The translations under genes and the position numbers were made by a program. A stretch of 64,000 nucleotides of DNA, taken from NCBI GenBank assembly GCA_963663765.2, contig CAXXUA010000005.1, positions 1,376,001-1,440,000 on the forward strand. The letters run 5' to 3'. Source of the stretch: Candidatus Poribacteria bacterium. GTDB lineage: Bacteria; Poribacteria; WGA-4E; WGA-3G. Shown here piece by piece: positions 31,472 to 42,783 of this stretch (positions are counted from its first letter, which is position 1; the number at the start of each line of letters is the position of its first letter). The notes under the pieces are model-generated. The model did no database searches. It saw only the letters and a list, made by a program, of their open reading frames with translations, and was not told the DNA's origin.

Positions 31472-32587
31472 ATGTTTAAGTTCAAAACGCCCATCATCGC
31501 GCTCGCGATAACTTTTCTCACGTTAGCAGGTTTTGTCAATAGCAGTGATGCTATTGAGATCACGGATTTGTCCCCCACAGACGGAAATTATGAAGTCACT
31601 CAGGCGTATAATCAATACGTAATGCATACCGAGACAGTGGAAACAGATCAACCATATTCCCGTGTTGAGTGGTATGTGGACGATGTTTTAAGAGAAACCA
31701 CTTCTGGTGATGGTGTCAAGACAGAAGCTACTTACCATCCATATTTCCTAATTGGGAGTTTTGTGGGGACGGATTATGTCATAAAAGCGGTTGCTTATCC
31801 GTGGGAAGGAGAAGGGAGTGACACCGATTCCTTTACACTCACGGTCAAAACAGAACATTTTGAAATTTTGAAAATGGCACCAAACTTATGGTTCACTACT
31901 GAAGTTTATGATTACGGTTATGGTGGCAATCACATGGTCAGACTCGAAACAAGTCGTCCATATTATTACATTGCATGGTACGTTGACGATGAATTTTATT
32001 CAACGTTTTATAATAACACTGATAATTCAGGAACTTTTGCTTTTGGTAATATAACCGGTCTCACTGGATCTATTGCTGGGACAACTTATACAATCAAAGC
32101 TATCGCTTATGCGTTGGACACAACAGTCAATCCGACTTCGGATACCGATAGTTATGAAGTGACAGTATATGAACCGCTCTATACGTATGATGTAGACGGT
32201 AAAACGACACCGGATATCCCTGATGTATATGGTTACGCAGAAATTACTCGACACTACCGGTCCGGTGACGACATCATTTTTGATTATTATGCTGATGCAT
32301 TCTATACTGGAAATGATGAGGATAAGGAGTATTCGGTGAGTACCGAAATCAAAAACACGATTCACGGGTTAGACGATGCTACACCTCAAGGGGAAACTGG
32401 AACCTTAGACATAGATAATTTTTGGTTTAGGTATGGCGGTACCGATGGCGGCACCATCTCTGCATCACTTAGCAGCGGAATAGGTGGTACAGAATACAGG
32501 TGTGAGGCTTATGTCAGGATCAAGGTGGTGGATGGTGATGATAGGGACGACTACTTTATAAACTATCAAACAGATTATACGAAATAG
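31472..32587 (+). CDS. Secreted acidic protein with two internally repeated Ig-like modules
   Basis: SD AAGGAG; signal peptide; duplicated ETxxPY..WYVDD...GSxxGTxYxIKAxAY...SDTDS(F/Y)xxTV. Confidence 0.8.
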   Translation: MFKFKTPIIALAITFLTLAGFVNSSDAIEITDLSPTDGNYEVTQAYNQYVMHTETVETDQPYSRVEWYVDDVLRETTSGDGVKTEATYHPYFLIGSFVGTDYVIKAVAYPWEGEGSDTDSFTLTVKTEHFEILKMAPNLWFTTEVYDYGYGGNHMVRLETSRPYYYIAWYVDDEFYSTFYNNTDNSGTFAFGNITGLTGSIAGTTYTIKAIAYALDTTVNPTSDTDSYEVTVYEPLYTYDVDGKTTPDIPDVYGYAEITRHYRSGDDIIFDYYADAFYTGNDEDKEYSVSTEIKNTIHGLDDATPQGETGTLDIDNFWFRYGGTDGGTISASLSSGIGGTEYRCEAYVRIKVVDGDDRDDYFINYQTDYTK

Positions 32588-32600
32588 TAGTTATTAATCG

Positions 32601-32642
32601 TTTTATCTGTGAAGGGGATGCATTTTCCCTTCACAGATAAAA
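32601..32642. terminator. Intergenic 16-bp-stem hairpin (terminator/mRNA stabiliser)
   Basis: TTTTATCTGTGAAGGG...CCCTTCACAGATAAAA. Confidence 0.55.
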
Positions 32643-32658
32643 CGAAGGGAGTCTATAC

Positions 32659-33687
32659 ATGCGTTTTCTAATTACAAGTTGCTGCCTTATATTACTGCTG
32701 CTTACACAAACACACACTTATGCCAAAATACTTTTTGTGGCAGACGATTCCTTGACAGGTAGAAGACTTAATGTCATGGATGATGATGGCAGTAACGTCA
32801 AGTTACTCTCCCACCAAGCGGGTTCATATTTTCCGCGTTGGTCTCCAGATGGGAAACAGATTGTATTTGGAAAACGATCTGAGAAAAATTCAAACGATTT
32901 CAACATCTTCATCATGAATGCGGATGGAACAGATATAAGCCAACTTACCACCATTCGTGATAATCACCCCTCGTTTTCACCCGATGGAAAATCTATTGTT
33001 TTCAATAGGGATGAAGTCGCTCCAGATGGACGTAGCTTCAAACCTTATATCTGTTTGATGAATCTTGAAAACGGAATAGTTAAAAAGATCGCCAATGTCA
33101 ACGCTAATACTCCTTCTTTTTCTTCAAATGGAAAACACATTGTGTTTTCGGAGGTTCCTACCTTTGGAAAGAGCGGTGGAAATATCTGGATCATGGGTAC
33201 TGATGGGCGCGGTCTACGTGAACTTTTGCCACCATTATCACAAGGCGTGCCAATCATTAGCCGGTGGTTCCCGGCAATTTCTCCAGATGGCAAGCAGCTA
33301 CTTTATTTTCAGGACGAAGTTATACCTCATGTGGTAGATGGTGTAAGCCACCTTATCCCTCAAGCCTATCGCTACTTTATTTACGATCTCATAACTGGGC
33401 AGTCTCAAGAACTTAATATACCGAAAGACTATAAATGTGCGAGATTTGATTGGATGGATGGGAATAGATCGATTGTGTTCAGCGCATTTCAGGTAAAATT
33501 AAATGAGGTGCAGACTGAAACGGAAAATTACAACATCTATAAGTATAATATTTGGACAAAAAAGATTATAACCCTAAAAGATGATATGGTGGATAGTTTT
33601 TTGTTTCCAGATTGGATCAGTGATGATGTGTTATCAGTGACCCCACACAGCAAAAAAAAAGTAACATGGGGCGAGATAAAACAATAA
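32659..33687 (+). CDS. TolB-like PD40 beta-propeller secreted protein with KKVTW tail
   Basis: Repeated P.WSPDGKQIVF / PSFSPDGK motifs; signal peptide. Confidence 0.88.
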   Translation: MRFLITSCCLILLLLTQTHTYAKILFVADDSLTGRRLNVMDDDGSNVKLLSHQAGSYFPRWSPDGKQIVFGKRSEKNSNDFNIFIMNADGTDISQLTTIRDNHPSFSPDGKSIVFNRDEVAPDGRSFKPYICLMNLENGIVKKIANVNANTPSFSSNGKHIVFSEVPTFGKSGGNIWIMGTDGRGLRELLPPLSQGVPIISRWFPAISPDGKQLLYFQDEVIPHVVDGVSHLIPQAYRYFIYDLITGQSQELNIPKDYKCARFDWMDGNRSIVFSAFQVKLNEVQTETENYNIYKYNIWTKKIITLKDDMVDSFLFPDWISDDVLSVTPHSKKKVTWGEIKQ

Positions 33688-33712
33688 ATCAAACAAATTA
33701 ACATTAAGCATA

Positions 33713-33748
33713 GGCAGGTATCGTTAGGATATCTGCCATTTTTATTTT
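33713..33748 (+). terminator. Rho-independent terminator
   Basis: GGCAGGTATC-loop-GATATCTGCC followed by ATTTTTATTTT. Confidence 0.7.
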
Positions 33749-33952
33749 CTAATGGAATACCTCTTATCGGAGGGAATCAACACAGGAATGGCATACTTTA
33801 CGCTATTTGACATAAACTATAGGAGTATATATCAGATGATATTCAATGACATTGAGTTCTTGCTCACTATGAGTTAAAAATAAAATTGTTGTCAAATTAC
33901 GAATCTCGTGTTAAAATGTTAGATATCACTCAATCTTAACGGAGGTTTACCC

Positions 33953-35176
33953 ATGCGTTTAACACGTGTCCTAACCACTTTGTTTTTATCACTATTTCTT
34001 ATCGGTTTCTTTTTGCCATCATCTTCGGATGGTTTTATTGAACGTGAGTTCACAATCCGAGAGATCCTTGATGCCTGCACAAATATTGTTTTCGGTGAAG
34101 TGAAAACTGTCAATACCACACGGTTGCAAGCAATCATCAAGGTCAATGACGACGTAAAGGGCAAAAGTTATCTTAAAGAAATCAAAATGAACTTTGCCAC
34201 TGGACAATATCTCAAAAATTCCACTCCCCAAAAGATGGTCAGGTTACTAAAACCCGGTATGCCGATTATCGTCTTCTACCGTCAACAATATGGTATTGAT
34301 AGCATGTGTTTTATTGATAACACATGGTTCCAAATGCGTGGATATAAAGGTAGAAGCGGCAGTTCATGGTGGAGTTTTACTCACATTGACCCGATGATGA
34401 ATCGAACTTTTGAGGGTAAGACATTAGCATTTCAAAAAGTTGTTCGTGACATGTTAGACGGCAAGATGTGGGTGGGTGTTCCCAAAAATGCCGTTAAAAT
34501 GCTGGTGTTGACTGGAAATAGTACCTCACCCACCTGGGGACAAACCCATGTTCATACCAACTCCATGACCTACGAATACCAAGCGATTCGCGATGTTAAG
34601 AAGGTTGACAAGCGACCTATGGCTTATGAATCCACCAAATTGAGCACACTCCCAAACTTGAAAGATGCCGATATTTTATGGCTCGGATATGAAGAAATAT
34701 CAAGCTTCGGTCGACACCTACTTACAAAAGACACTGAGAAAAAAATAAAAGAATTCGTCAAAAACGGTGGTATTGTCATTGTTTCCGGTCAGGACAGTAC
34801 ACCCATCAAACCTTGTAGCGTTGGATGGTTAGATGGCAATTTGAAAGGCGTTGAAAGTCCACCTGAAAGGTATTTTATCGTTACGGACAAATCCACACAA
34901 CTCTTTACAAGACCCAACATCGTCCAATCAGGCAAAATCTTTACTGATGATGCGTGGGTAAATTGGAAAAAAGATGACAAGGTATTTGCCACTACCCAAG
35001 AAAGAAAGGAACTTGTAATCGGGGCAAGATCTTATGGAAAAGGACTTTATATCATTACCAGTCTCCGCAACGATAACCAATATACAGTTTCAATGAACAA
35101 ACCACTCTTGGAAAACATTATCAATTATGCTGTCAATCAGATAGATAAAATGAAAAAACAAGTCAACACCGACTAA
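33953..35176 (+). CDS. Exported hypothetical protein; C-terminal half resembles class I GATase-like fold
   Basis: SD GGAGG; signal peptide; IKEFVKNGGIVIV, YGKGLYII, LLENII motifs. Confidence 0.7.
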   Translation: MRLTRVLTTLFLSLFLIGFFLPSSSDGFIEREFTIREILDACTNIVFGEVKTVNTTRLQAIIKVNDDVKGKSYLKEIKMNFATGQYLKNSTPQKMVRLLKPGMPIIVFYRQQYGIDSMCFIDNTWFQMRGYKGRSGSSWWSFTHIDPMMNRTFEGKTLAFQKVVRDMLDGKMWVGVPKNAVKMLVLTGNSTSPTWGQTHVHTNSMTYEYQAIRDVKKVDKRPMAYESTKLSTLPNLKDADILWLGYEEISSFGRHLLTKDTEKKIKEFVKNGGIVIVSGQDSTPIKPCSVGWLDGNLKGVESPPERYFIVTDKSTQLFTRPNIVQSGKIFTDDAWVNWKKDDKVFATTQERKELVIGARSYGKGLYIITSLRNDNQYTVSMNKPLLENIINYAVNQIDKMKKQVNTD

Positions 35177-36354
35177 TGAAATTTTGCTATTACTAATGTA
35201 ACGTCATCATGCAGAATTTCTCCCCGCTGATATGTTTCAAGGTCAACCAAAATCGCATCCTTTATTTCAGTTGGTGTTAGATGTCTTTTTTCAGAGATAA
35301 GGTTTTTCAGTCTTTCATGTCCATATATCTCTTCCTTTGCATTGCAAGCTTCTGTGATACCATCCGAATAAAGCACAAGTAGGTCATCGGGTTCCCATGT
35401 CGTTTCAGAACTCTGGTAGTGTGTCACCGTTTCCCTATCCGGTAATGCAATACCAACAGGAGTAAATTGCGATTCCAATTCTATGAACCTTTTGCAATTT
35501 GCTCGGTAAAGTAACATCGCTGGGTGTCCCGCATTAGCGAATTCAAGTCGATTATCCTGATGAACAATCACATAACAACATGTCATATAGATAAAGGTTT
35601 GTGCATAATCCTCTGTAACACGACTGATAGCCTTCATCACTTCAGACACTGATGCGTCAAACCGAATTTGCGTTTGTATGCAGCTTTTTGTCATCGCCGC
35701 AACCATAGCAGAATGAAATCCGTGTCCCATCACATCCCCGATAAAGATCCCTACCTGTTTGTTAGGTAGATACAGATAGTCGTAGTAATCACCCCCAACA
35801 CTATTTGTCGGTTGACAAAACCCAGCAGAAGTTAAACAAGGATGGTTAATTTCTTTGTTTGGTAGTATTGATTGTTGCACCTCAGCAGCAAGCCGCATTG
35901 ACTCCTCTTGTGCGACCTCCTTTCGCATCGCACTCATCTGTATTTCAAGGTCATGCCGAATTTTATTATTTAGAACTCGAAACATACCTCTACCAATTTG
36001 GGGTTCCCGTGCCAATGCGTTAAAAAAGTCTTCCTGAGAAATACGCAGAAGGTCCGTCGGTGTGGCAGTTTTTATCGTCGCGCTTCTCAGTTTATTGTCA
36101 ATCAGTGCAACTTCCCCAAAACAATACCCTTTCTCCTTAAAGGACAAAACTTCCATGTCTGATTTGATAATGCTAATTTCACCATCAACAAGCAAGTAAA
36201 GCGAATCACCTTCATCTCCTTCTTCAAAAAGGATATGGTCTGCAGGATATGCCACCTCTTTCGCGATAGCACAAATTGATTTCAGATCCGCTATTGAGAG
36301 TTCCGCAAACAGTTCTGTGTTTTTTAAAAACTGTAATTTCTGTTCAACTAACAT
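35173..36354 (-). CDS. cNMP-binding domain + SpoIIE/PP2C phosphatase
   Basis: EGDEGDSLY, FGEVAL..RSAT; VGGDYYD, GDVMGHG, NAGHP, YSDGITE, DDVTL. Confidence 0.92.
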   Translation of the reverse strand: MLVEQKLQFLKNTELFAELSIADLKSICAIAKEVAYPADHILFEEGDEGDSLYLLVDGEISIIKSDMEVLSFKEKGYCFGEVALIDNKLRSATIKTATPTDLLRISQEDFFNALAREPQIGRGMFRVLNNKIRHDLEIQMSAMRKEVAQEESMRLAAEVQQSILPNKEINHPCLTSAGFCQPTNSVGGDYYDYLYLPNKQVGIFIGDVMGHGFHSAMVAAMTKSCIQTQIRFDASVSEVMKAISRVTEDYAQTFIYMTCCYVIVHQDNRLEFANAGHPAMLLYRANCKRFIELESQFTPVGIALPDRETVTHYQSSETTWEPDDLLVLYSDGITEACNAKEEIYGHERLKNLISEKRHLTPTEIKDAILVDLETYQRGEILHDDVTLVIAKFH

Positions 36355-36497
36355 CACCGCATGTGTCCTTTGGATTTCACTGTATCTGAAGTAGTTATGT
36401 CTCACTAACTGGGATGTGTTTTACAAGACATATTTATAATGCATCGTGGTATTATACTCATCTACTGAGGATTTGTCAATTCCCTTTTACGAAAAGG

Positions 36498-36617
36498 CAG
36501 GGCTATTCAGTTTTCCTAATTTTTGGATTTTTCCAAAAAGAACCCCGCGGTAGGAGCGACCTCCCGGTCGCGATTTTCTCAGAAAACGACTAAAATGCCT
36601 AATACTGAATAACCCTG
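36498..36617. mobile_element. Short MITE family B variant carrying one GTAGGAGCGACC REP
   Basis: CAGGG...CCCTG TIRs; 9-bp duplication ACGAAAAGG; near-identical copy at 39492-39612. Confidence 0.85.
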
Positions 36618-36624
36618 ACGAAAA

Positions 36625-37644
36625 GGGTGTGTAAAGTTTTTGCACAGAGGTACAAACTTTTGTTCTCTTTAATCCCGTAGGGACGCAATGTTTATAGAAA
36701 GACGTTATCACATCCCCTCTCTTTAGTTCCGTAGGAACGACATAGAAGGATAAACATATCGTCCCTACCAAATCAACGCCAAATGCGCGTATGGCATTTG
36801 TCGGGACTAAAAAGACGTGGGGATATGTATTTCTATAAACATATCGTCCCTACGGGACTGAAGAATATGGTTAATATTAACAATATTTCTTTATATTGAC
36901 ACCTAATGAAGTTTGACAATCAAAATCGGTAGTTGAATTCGTAGGGGTTGGGTTCCCCAACCCGTTTGGTTTTTGAGTTTGCGTAGGGGCGTGGAAACCA
37001 CGCCCCATAAGCGTCAATTTAAGGATTTTGACCTCTTGTGGGAGGGGTTTTCAACCCCGATTTGACAGAAAATAAACATAAAATCGGGGTTGAAAACCCC
37101 TCCCACAAGAGAAAATGCAACACTACTTCTTAAATTGACGCCTATGGGGCGTGGCAACCACGCCCCTACGAATACACAAAATACACAACTTGAACGTCAA
37201 AACTCATTAGGGCTCTGTGCCCCGCAATCTCTCATTTAATCATTGTGGGGCGGGCACAGAGCCCCGCCCTACAATGAAGAATGAGTAGTTTCCTTGTTTT
37301 CGTTCAAACATGTCGGGATCCAGTTGATCAATGAGAGGTTATCAATCCCAGTCCCTATCTGATTTCAAAAGGGATCGAAAGGTCTCAAATCACGATACCC
37401 TACCTTTGAAACCCACATTATGACTGGGTACCAACATTTTCAAGGCATCTTTGGTATCGGAAAAAGCGATAAAATCGTAGTTTTTGTTTCCTTTTTCTTT
37501 GAAAGGTTCGTTCAAGTTCTGTGCTACCTTTTGAGGTATTATTTTCTCAATGCGGGTATGGGTTTGTGTGTGCTCATAGTTGGTATGGTTTTCCACATTC
37601 ATTGGACAAAAACAAGGTAGTTTGTGCAAAAACTTTACACACCC
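36625..37644. mobile_element. MITE family A, third copy, with nested MITE E (37005-37146) and extra ~340-bp internal segment
   Basis: Same TIRs and left 600 bp as 1370-2316. Confidence 0.8.
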
Positions 37645-37857
37645 TGCTCCTACCTGTGCAAGTGTGTAATTAATTCCATAATCTACCATAAATCACCCTG
37701 GCGAAAATCTCATGTATAATTTTTATGACAAACATGCTAATATTCAAATAAGATAATAAGTTTCAGTCATGAAATAAACACAATAGCTCATCTGTGAGAG
37801 GAGTTTATCTGAAATAAAATGAGCATTATTAATGAGCATTATTAATAGATACCCAAA

Positions 37858-38478
37858 ATGGAGAACAATATGATCTCAGTTTACAAAATCAAACCTTTGT
37901 TCCAAAAATTGCTCAAACCACTGCTTAATATGCTATATAAAATGGGCTTTACTGCAAATAGTATTACATGGATTGCAATACTATTATCTGCCACGATTGG
38001 GGTGTTATTCTGGTTTTATCCTAATGGATTTATGCTATGGATTTTTGCCCTAGCCTTATTGGTGAGAATGGTATTGAACGCACTCGACGGCATGATGGCA
38101 AAGACGTATAATATGACAAGTGTTTCAGGGGAAATATTGAATGAACTTGGTGATGTTGTTTCGGACGCCGCCATGTTTATTCCTTTGATAAAACTAACTG
38201 GTGTGAATATAAGGTATGTGCTTTTGTTTGTATTCCTCGCTACGTTGAATGAATTCATTGGTGTATTGACAAAAGCAGCGACGGGTACAAGAAGATATGA
38301 TGGTCCCATGGGTAAGAGCGATCGCGCATTAGTTTTAGGAATTACCTGTTTGCTGTTCTTCTTTTTCTCACAGATACAGGTCGCTTTCAATTATATTTTC
38401 ATCGGAATGAGTTTCTTATTAGTGCTTAGTTCAGCAATTCGCATAAAAAATGGACTCGCACAAATTGGAGGTGAATAA
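37858..38478 (+). CDS. CDP-alcohol phosphatidyltransferase (YnbA-like)
   Basis: NALDGMMA...GEILNELGDVVSD signature; GPMGKSDR. Confidence 0.9.
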   Translation: MENNMISVYKIKPLFQKLLKPLLNMLYKMGFTANSITWIAILLSATIGVLFWFYPNGFMLWIFALALLVRMVLNALDGMMAKTYNMTSVSGEILNELGDVVSDAAMFIPLIKLTGVNIRYVLLFVFLATLNEFIGVLTKAATGTRRYDGPMGKSDRALVLGITCLLFFFFSQIQVAFNYIFIGMSFLLVLSSAIRIKNGLAQIGGE

Positions 38479-39449
38479 TGGATCTTCTCATCATAGATCA
38501 TTTAAGAGAACAAAGGGAAATTGCTATAGTCATTGGGTTGATTTTCGGCATTCTGGTTTTTGCGTCTATCCTATTTTGGATTATGAAAAAGGTAAAACCG
38601 AAAGCCGACTTTTCCGAACTAATAATGAGAACCAAATCTTGGTGGGTCATGGCGACTATCTTTGTCTTGGCAACCATTTTACACTCAATTATCACCTACG
38701 TTTCGTTAGCGTTACTGTCCTTTTTGGCATTAAAGGAATTATCATCAATCAGCAAGAATGTCAGAGATGTTGACCGAAAAGTCCTAATTTGGTGTTTTCT
38801 CAGTATACCAGTTCAATACTATCTCGCTTACATCGGTCAATACGGTCTATTTCTCATCTTTATTCCTGTGGTGATGTATCTTTGGATAGCTTTTATGTTG
38901 GTGATCATAGGTGAAACGGAAGATATCAGCCGATCAATGAGCGTGCTACCAAGCCAATTGATGCTGACAGTATTTGGTGTGAGTCATTTGGCTTTTCTGG
39001 TGTCTTTGCCAAATATTGAGGGATTTGATGCAGGTGGAAGAGCACTCTTGTTGTTCATAGTCTTCATCACAGAAATGAATGATGTTTTTCAGTTCACTTG
39101 GGGGAAATTGTTAGGTAGATTTAAGATCATCCCTAAGGTAAGTCCAAATAAAACATGGGAAGGATTGATAGGTGGTGTCATTACAACTGTGGTAGTCGGA
39201 TATTTCTTGCGTTTTTTGACACCATTTTCTGAAATACAAATACTCATCACATGTGGATGCATTGCAATCATCGGTTTCATTGGGGATGTGGTTGTTTCAG
39301 CGATAAAAAGAGATATAGGACTAAAAGATACAGGCGATACAATTCCTGGGCATGGCGGCATCTTAGATAGAATAGATTCGCTGGCGGTTACAGGACCGAT
39401 CTTTTTTCATATCGTCTATTATTTGCATTATAATACAATTCCTGTATAA
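38478..39449 (+). CDS. Phosphatidate cytidylyltransferase (CdsA/YnbB-like)
   Basis: SPNKTWEG, SAIKRDIGLKD.G..IPGHGGILDRIDS. Confidence 0.92.
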   Translation: MDLLIIDHLREQREIAIVIGLIFGILVFASILFWIMKKVKPKADFSELIMRTKSWWVMATIFVLATILHSIITYVSLALLSFLALKELSSISKNVRDVDRKVLIWCFLSIPVQYYLAYIGQYGLFLIFIPVVMYLWIAFMLVIIGETEDISRSMSVLPSQLMLTVFGVSHLAFLVSLPNIEGFDAGGRALLLFIVFITEMNDVFQFTWGKLLGRFKIIPKVSPNKTWEGLIGGVITTVVVGYFLRFLTPFSEIQILITCGCIAIIGFIGDVVVSAIKRDIGLKDTGDTIPGHGGILDRIDSLAVTGPIFFHIVYYLHYNTIPV

Positions 39450-39612
39450 TACCATTTTCATGTGATAATGTCTCATTATCAGCGGAAATCTGCAGGGTTA
39501 TTCAGTTTTCCTAATTTTTGGATTTTTGAAAAAGAAACCCCGCGGTAGGAGCGACCTCCTGGTCGCGATTTTCTCAGGAATCGGGTAAAATGGGTAAAAT
39601 TGAATAACCCTG
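39450..39612. repeat. Left end of MITE C interrupted by short MITE B
   Basis: ATACCATTTTCATGTGATAATG... then CAGGGTTATTCAG...GAATAACCCTG. Confidence 0.7.
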
Positions 39613-39690
39613 CGTGTGAACGGTATAAGTTGCTTAAGCCGTGATTTTGTGGTAACATAATTCAAAAGGAATGATAGAGGTGGAATATAA

Positions 39691-40692
39691 ATGAATGAAA
39701 GTTATCGTGTTGCGATTGTCGGTGCAACAGGGGCAGTCGGCAACACTATGTTAGAACTTTTAGAAGAACGTTCTTTTCCTGTTGGAAGTCTAAAACTACT
39801 GGCATCTCACAGATCCGCAGGTGAAATCTTGACTTTCAAAGGGGCACACATCACTATTGAAGAGTTGACGCACGACTCATTTGATGATGTAGACCTTGTC
39901 TTTTCATCTGCAGGTGCATCCGTAAGCCGAGAATTCATCCCAACTGCGGTTAATAAAGGCGCGTTAGTTATTGACAACACAAGTGCTTTCCGAATGGATA
40001 CTGACACACCGTTAGTCGTGCCAGAAGTGAATATGGATGCCGCACAAAAACACAATGGACTCATCGCAAACCCAAACTGTTCAACTATACAGATGATGGT
40101 CGCACTCAAACCGATTTACGATACCGTCGGTATCAAAAGAATCGTTGTATCTACCTATCAGAGTGTTTCCGGTAAAAGTGGACGTGCAGTGAACGAACTG
40201 ATTTTGCAAACAACTGAGGCATTAGAAGGTAAACCTGTCACCCTTGATATGTTCCCGCATCAAATGGCATTTAATGTCGCTTTTGATTGGCCCTTCGCTG
40301 ATACAGGGGACAGTGAAGAAGAGGTGAAAATGGTCAACGAAACACACAAAATTCTATCTGATGATACCATCGGGGTTTCCGCAACGACTGTCCGCGTACC
40401 TGTTTTCTTTGCACATTCTGAATCCATAAATCTTGAAACACACGAAAAACTTACACCTGCAGAAGCACGTAAGTGTCTTGAAGATGCGCCAGGAGTACAA
40501 CTTATTGACGACCCAGATAATTTTAACTACCCCATGGCGATTGATGCCGCAGGTAAAGATGATGTGTTTGTCGGACGCATTCGAGAAGACCTATCAATTC
40601 CGAACGGATTAAATATGTGGGTTGTCGCTGATAATCTCCGTAAAGGTGCAGCCTTAAATGCTATCCAGATCGCTGAAAAACTCCTGCTATAG
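39691..40692 (+). CDS. asd: Aspartate-semialdehyde dehydrogenase
   Basis: VGATGAVG, NPNCST, RVPV..HSE, DNLRKGAALNA. Confidence 0.96.
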   Translation: MNESYRVAIVGATGAVGNTMLELLEERSFPVGSLKLLASHRSAGEILTFKGAHITIEELTHDSFDDVDLVFSSAGASVSREFIPTAVNKGALVIDNTSAFRMDTDTPLVVPEVNMDAAQKHNGLIANPNCSTIQMMVALKPIYDTVGIKRIVVSTYQSVSGKSGRAVNELILQTTEALEGKPVTLDMFPHQMAFNVAFDWPFADTGDSEEEVKMVNETHKILSDDTIGVSATTVRVPVFFAHSESINLETHEKLTPAEARKCLEDAPGVQLIDDPDNFNYPMAIDAAGKDDVFVGRIREDLSIPNGLNMWVVADNLRKGAALNAIQIAEKLLL

Positions 40693-40725
40693 ATAAACGC
40701 TTTATTTAGTAGACCTAATCATAAG

Positions 40726-41859
40726 ATGGAATTAAACCGAGAAACTATACCTCAATATCTGCGCGAACATCAGTCTGAGATAGGCTTTTTTGATAAGGAT
40801 ACAGAGTTACATGTTGAGGAAATCGGTGATGGCAATCTAAACTTCGTTTATCGGGTTTATGATGCAGCGCAACCGGAACGGTCACTTGTCTTGAAACAGG
40901 CACCTCCATATATTAAGATATTAGGTCCTGATTATCCATTACCTCCTGAACGTTTGACTTTTGAATCCCGATCGCTTGAGATATACAATCAACTTGCAAG
41001 TGAGACAGTACCAACGCAATACTATTTCGATAGTGATGCTGCAGTTATTGTGATGGAATATCTCAAAGGTTACCGTCTGCTACGAGATGAACTCATTGCG
41101 GGACATGTGAATCAGACCATCCCTGAAAAGATTGGCAAACTTATGGGGAGTGTACATAGTCAAACTTATATCAATAATCTTGAAGATTCCGAAATTGATA
41201 AGTACCGACAAGATTTTGCTAACACTGTCATGCAATCCATCACAGCAGATTACGTTTTCACATTCCCTTTTATGGAACATGAAACAAATTTCTATACAGA
41301 TGGGTTAGAAACCACAGTAGATCAACTGAAATCAGATGAATCTTTTAGACAACAAGCCGATACGCTAAAGAGCATTTTCCTTGAAGTACAACGTGGCGTA
41401 ACACACGGCGACCTTCATACCGGTAGTATTATGGTCAATGGTGAAAATGCTAAAGTGATTGATTCGGAGTTCGCCTTCTACGGTCCCGTAGCATTTGATG
41501 TAGGACTGTTTTGGGCAAATTATCTGTTATCTTATTATTCTCATACTGATGACATCAAAACACAGTCGCAAATAGTTGCTGCAATTATTCGGTCTTGGGA
41601 AACCTATACAGAAGCGTTTATGATGGATAAATCGCTAAAGTCTCGCACCTTACATACGATTTTCCACGAAACTGTTGGGTTTGCAGGTATGGAGATGTTA
41701 CGACGAGTTATCGGCGCAGCGCATGTTAAGGACATTGAAAACATTAAGAATATGAATCGGAAATTATGTATAGAAACTGCAATACTCAAATTCGGTCAAA
41801 CACTTGTAAAGGATCATAATATCATCTTTAATGTTGGAGAGATGATAGAATTATTGTAG
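40726..41859 (+). CDS. mtnK: S-methyl-5-thioribose kinase
   Basis: EIGDGNLNFV, KQA.PY, HGDLHTGS, IDSEFAFYGP, RRVIGAAHV. Confidence 0.92.
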   Translation: MELNRETIPQYLREHQSEIGFFDKDTELHVEEIGDGNLNFVYRVYDAAQPERSLVLKQAPPYIKILGPDYPLPPERLTFESRSLEIYNQLASETVPTQYYFDSDAAVIVMEYLKGYRLLRDELIAGHVNQTIPEKIGKLMGSVHSQTYINNLEDSEIDKYRQDFANTVMQSITADYVFTFPFMEHETNFYTDGLETTVDQLKSDESFRQQADTLKSIFLEVQRGVTHGDLHTGSIMVNGENAKVIDSEFAFYGPVAFDVGLFWANYLLSYYSHTDDIKTQSQIVAAIIRSWETYTEAFMMDKSLKSRTLHTIFHETVGFAGMEMLRRVIGAAHVKDIENIKNMNRKLCIETAILKFGQTLVKDHNIIFNVGEMIELL

Positions 41860-41919
41860 AATGACTTTCTTCTGAAAGTGAACAACCAACACAACAACTA
41901 AGTAATACCACAAAATAAA

Positions 41920-42783
41920 ATGAGAGACTACTACGAAATACTCGGTGTCAAACGAAACGCCTCAGCAGATGAGATCAAAAAAGCATACCGTAAATTAGCA
42001 GTGAAATATCATCCAGATAAGAACCCTGGCGACAAAGCTGCTGAGGAGAAATTCAAAGAAGCATCTAATGCCTATTCGGTGCTATCTGATCCAGATAAGC
42101 GGCGAGTCTATAATACGCGTGGTCATGCTGGTGTTCACGGGATGGGTTTTGAAGGGTATACCAATGTGGAGGACATCTTCACACACATCAACTATAACGA
42201 TCTTTTTGGACGCGCAGCTCACGGAGGTTTTGGGGGCGCGTTCAGCGATGTCTTCGGTCCTCAACACCGAACGACACACACATATCGTGGACGAGATCAA
42301 CACCTAAACCTAACTATATCCTTCGCTGATGCAGTAAACGGAACTCAGAAAGACGTAAGAATCAGAGGAAAAAACATCACATTAAAAATACCCCCCGGGA
42401 TCAAAGACGGCCAAACGCTTCGCCTACGTGGACACGGTGAATCTATGGGCGCAGGACCAGCAGGAAACCTTTTAGTCAAAATTTCTGTTCAACCGCATCC
42501 ATCCTTAACACGCGATGGACTGGACTTGGTTACAGATGCCAAAGTGCCTATGACAACGGCAGCGTTAGGTGGCATCGTTCAAGTGCAAACGCTAACAGGA
42601 AATGTAAAGATCAAAATACCAGCAGGGGCACAACCCGGACAGCAGTTACGCCTACGTGGACAAGGCATATTAGACACATCCGGCAGAAATGGCGACCTAC
42701 GAGTCCGAATTGACGTGGAAATTCCAAAGTCATTGTCACGCAAACAGAAAGACCTACTAAAACAGCTTGCGAAGACACTATGA
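41920..42783 (+). CDS. DnaJ-class chaperone without zinc finger (CbpA/class B-like)
   Basis: J domain with HPD; G/F region; C-terminal substrate-binding repeats; no CxxCxGxG. Confidence 0.92.
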   Translation: MRDYYEILGVKRNASADEIKKAYRKLAVKYHPDKNPGDKAAEEKFKEASNAYSVLSDPDKRRVYNTRGHAGVHGMGFEGYTNVEDIFTHINYNDLFGRAAHGGFGGAFSDVFGPQHRTTHTYRGRDQHLNLTISFADAVNGTQKDVRIRGKNITLKIPPGIKDGQTLRLRGHGESMGAGPAGNLLVKISVQPHPSLTRDGLDLVTDAKVPMTTAALGGIVQVQTLTGNVKIKIPAGAQPGQQLRLRGQGILDTSGRNGDLRVRIDVEIPKSLSRKQKDLLKQLAKTL

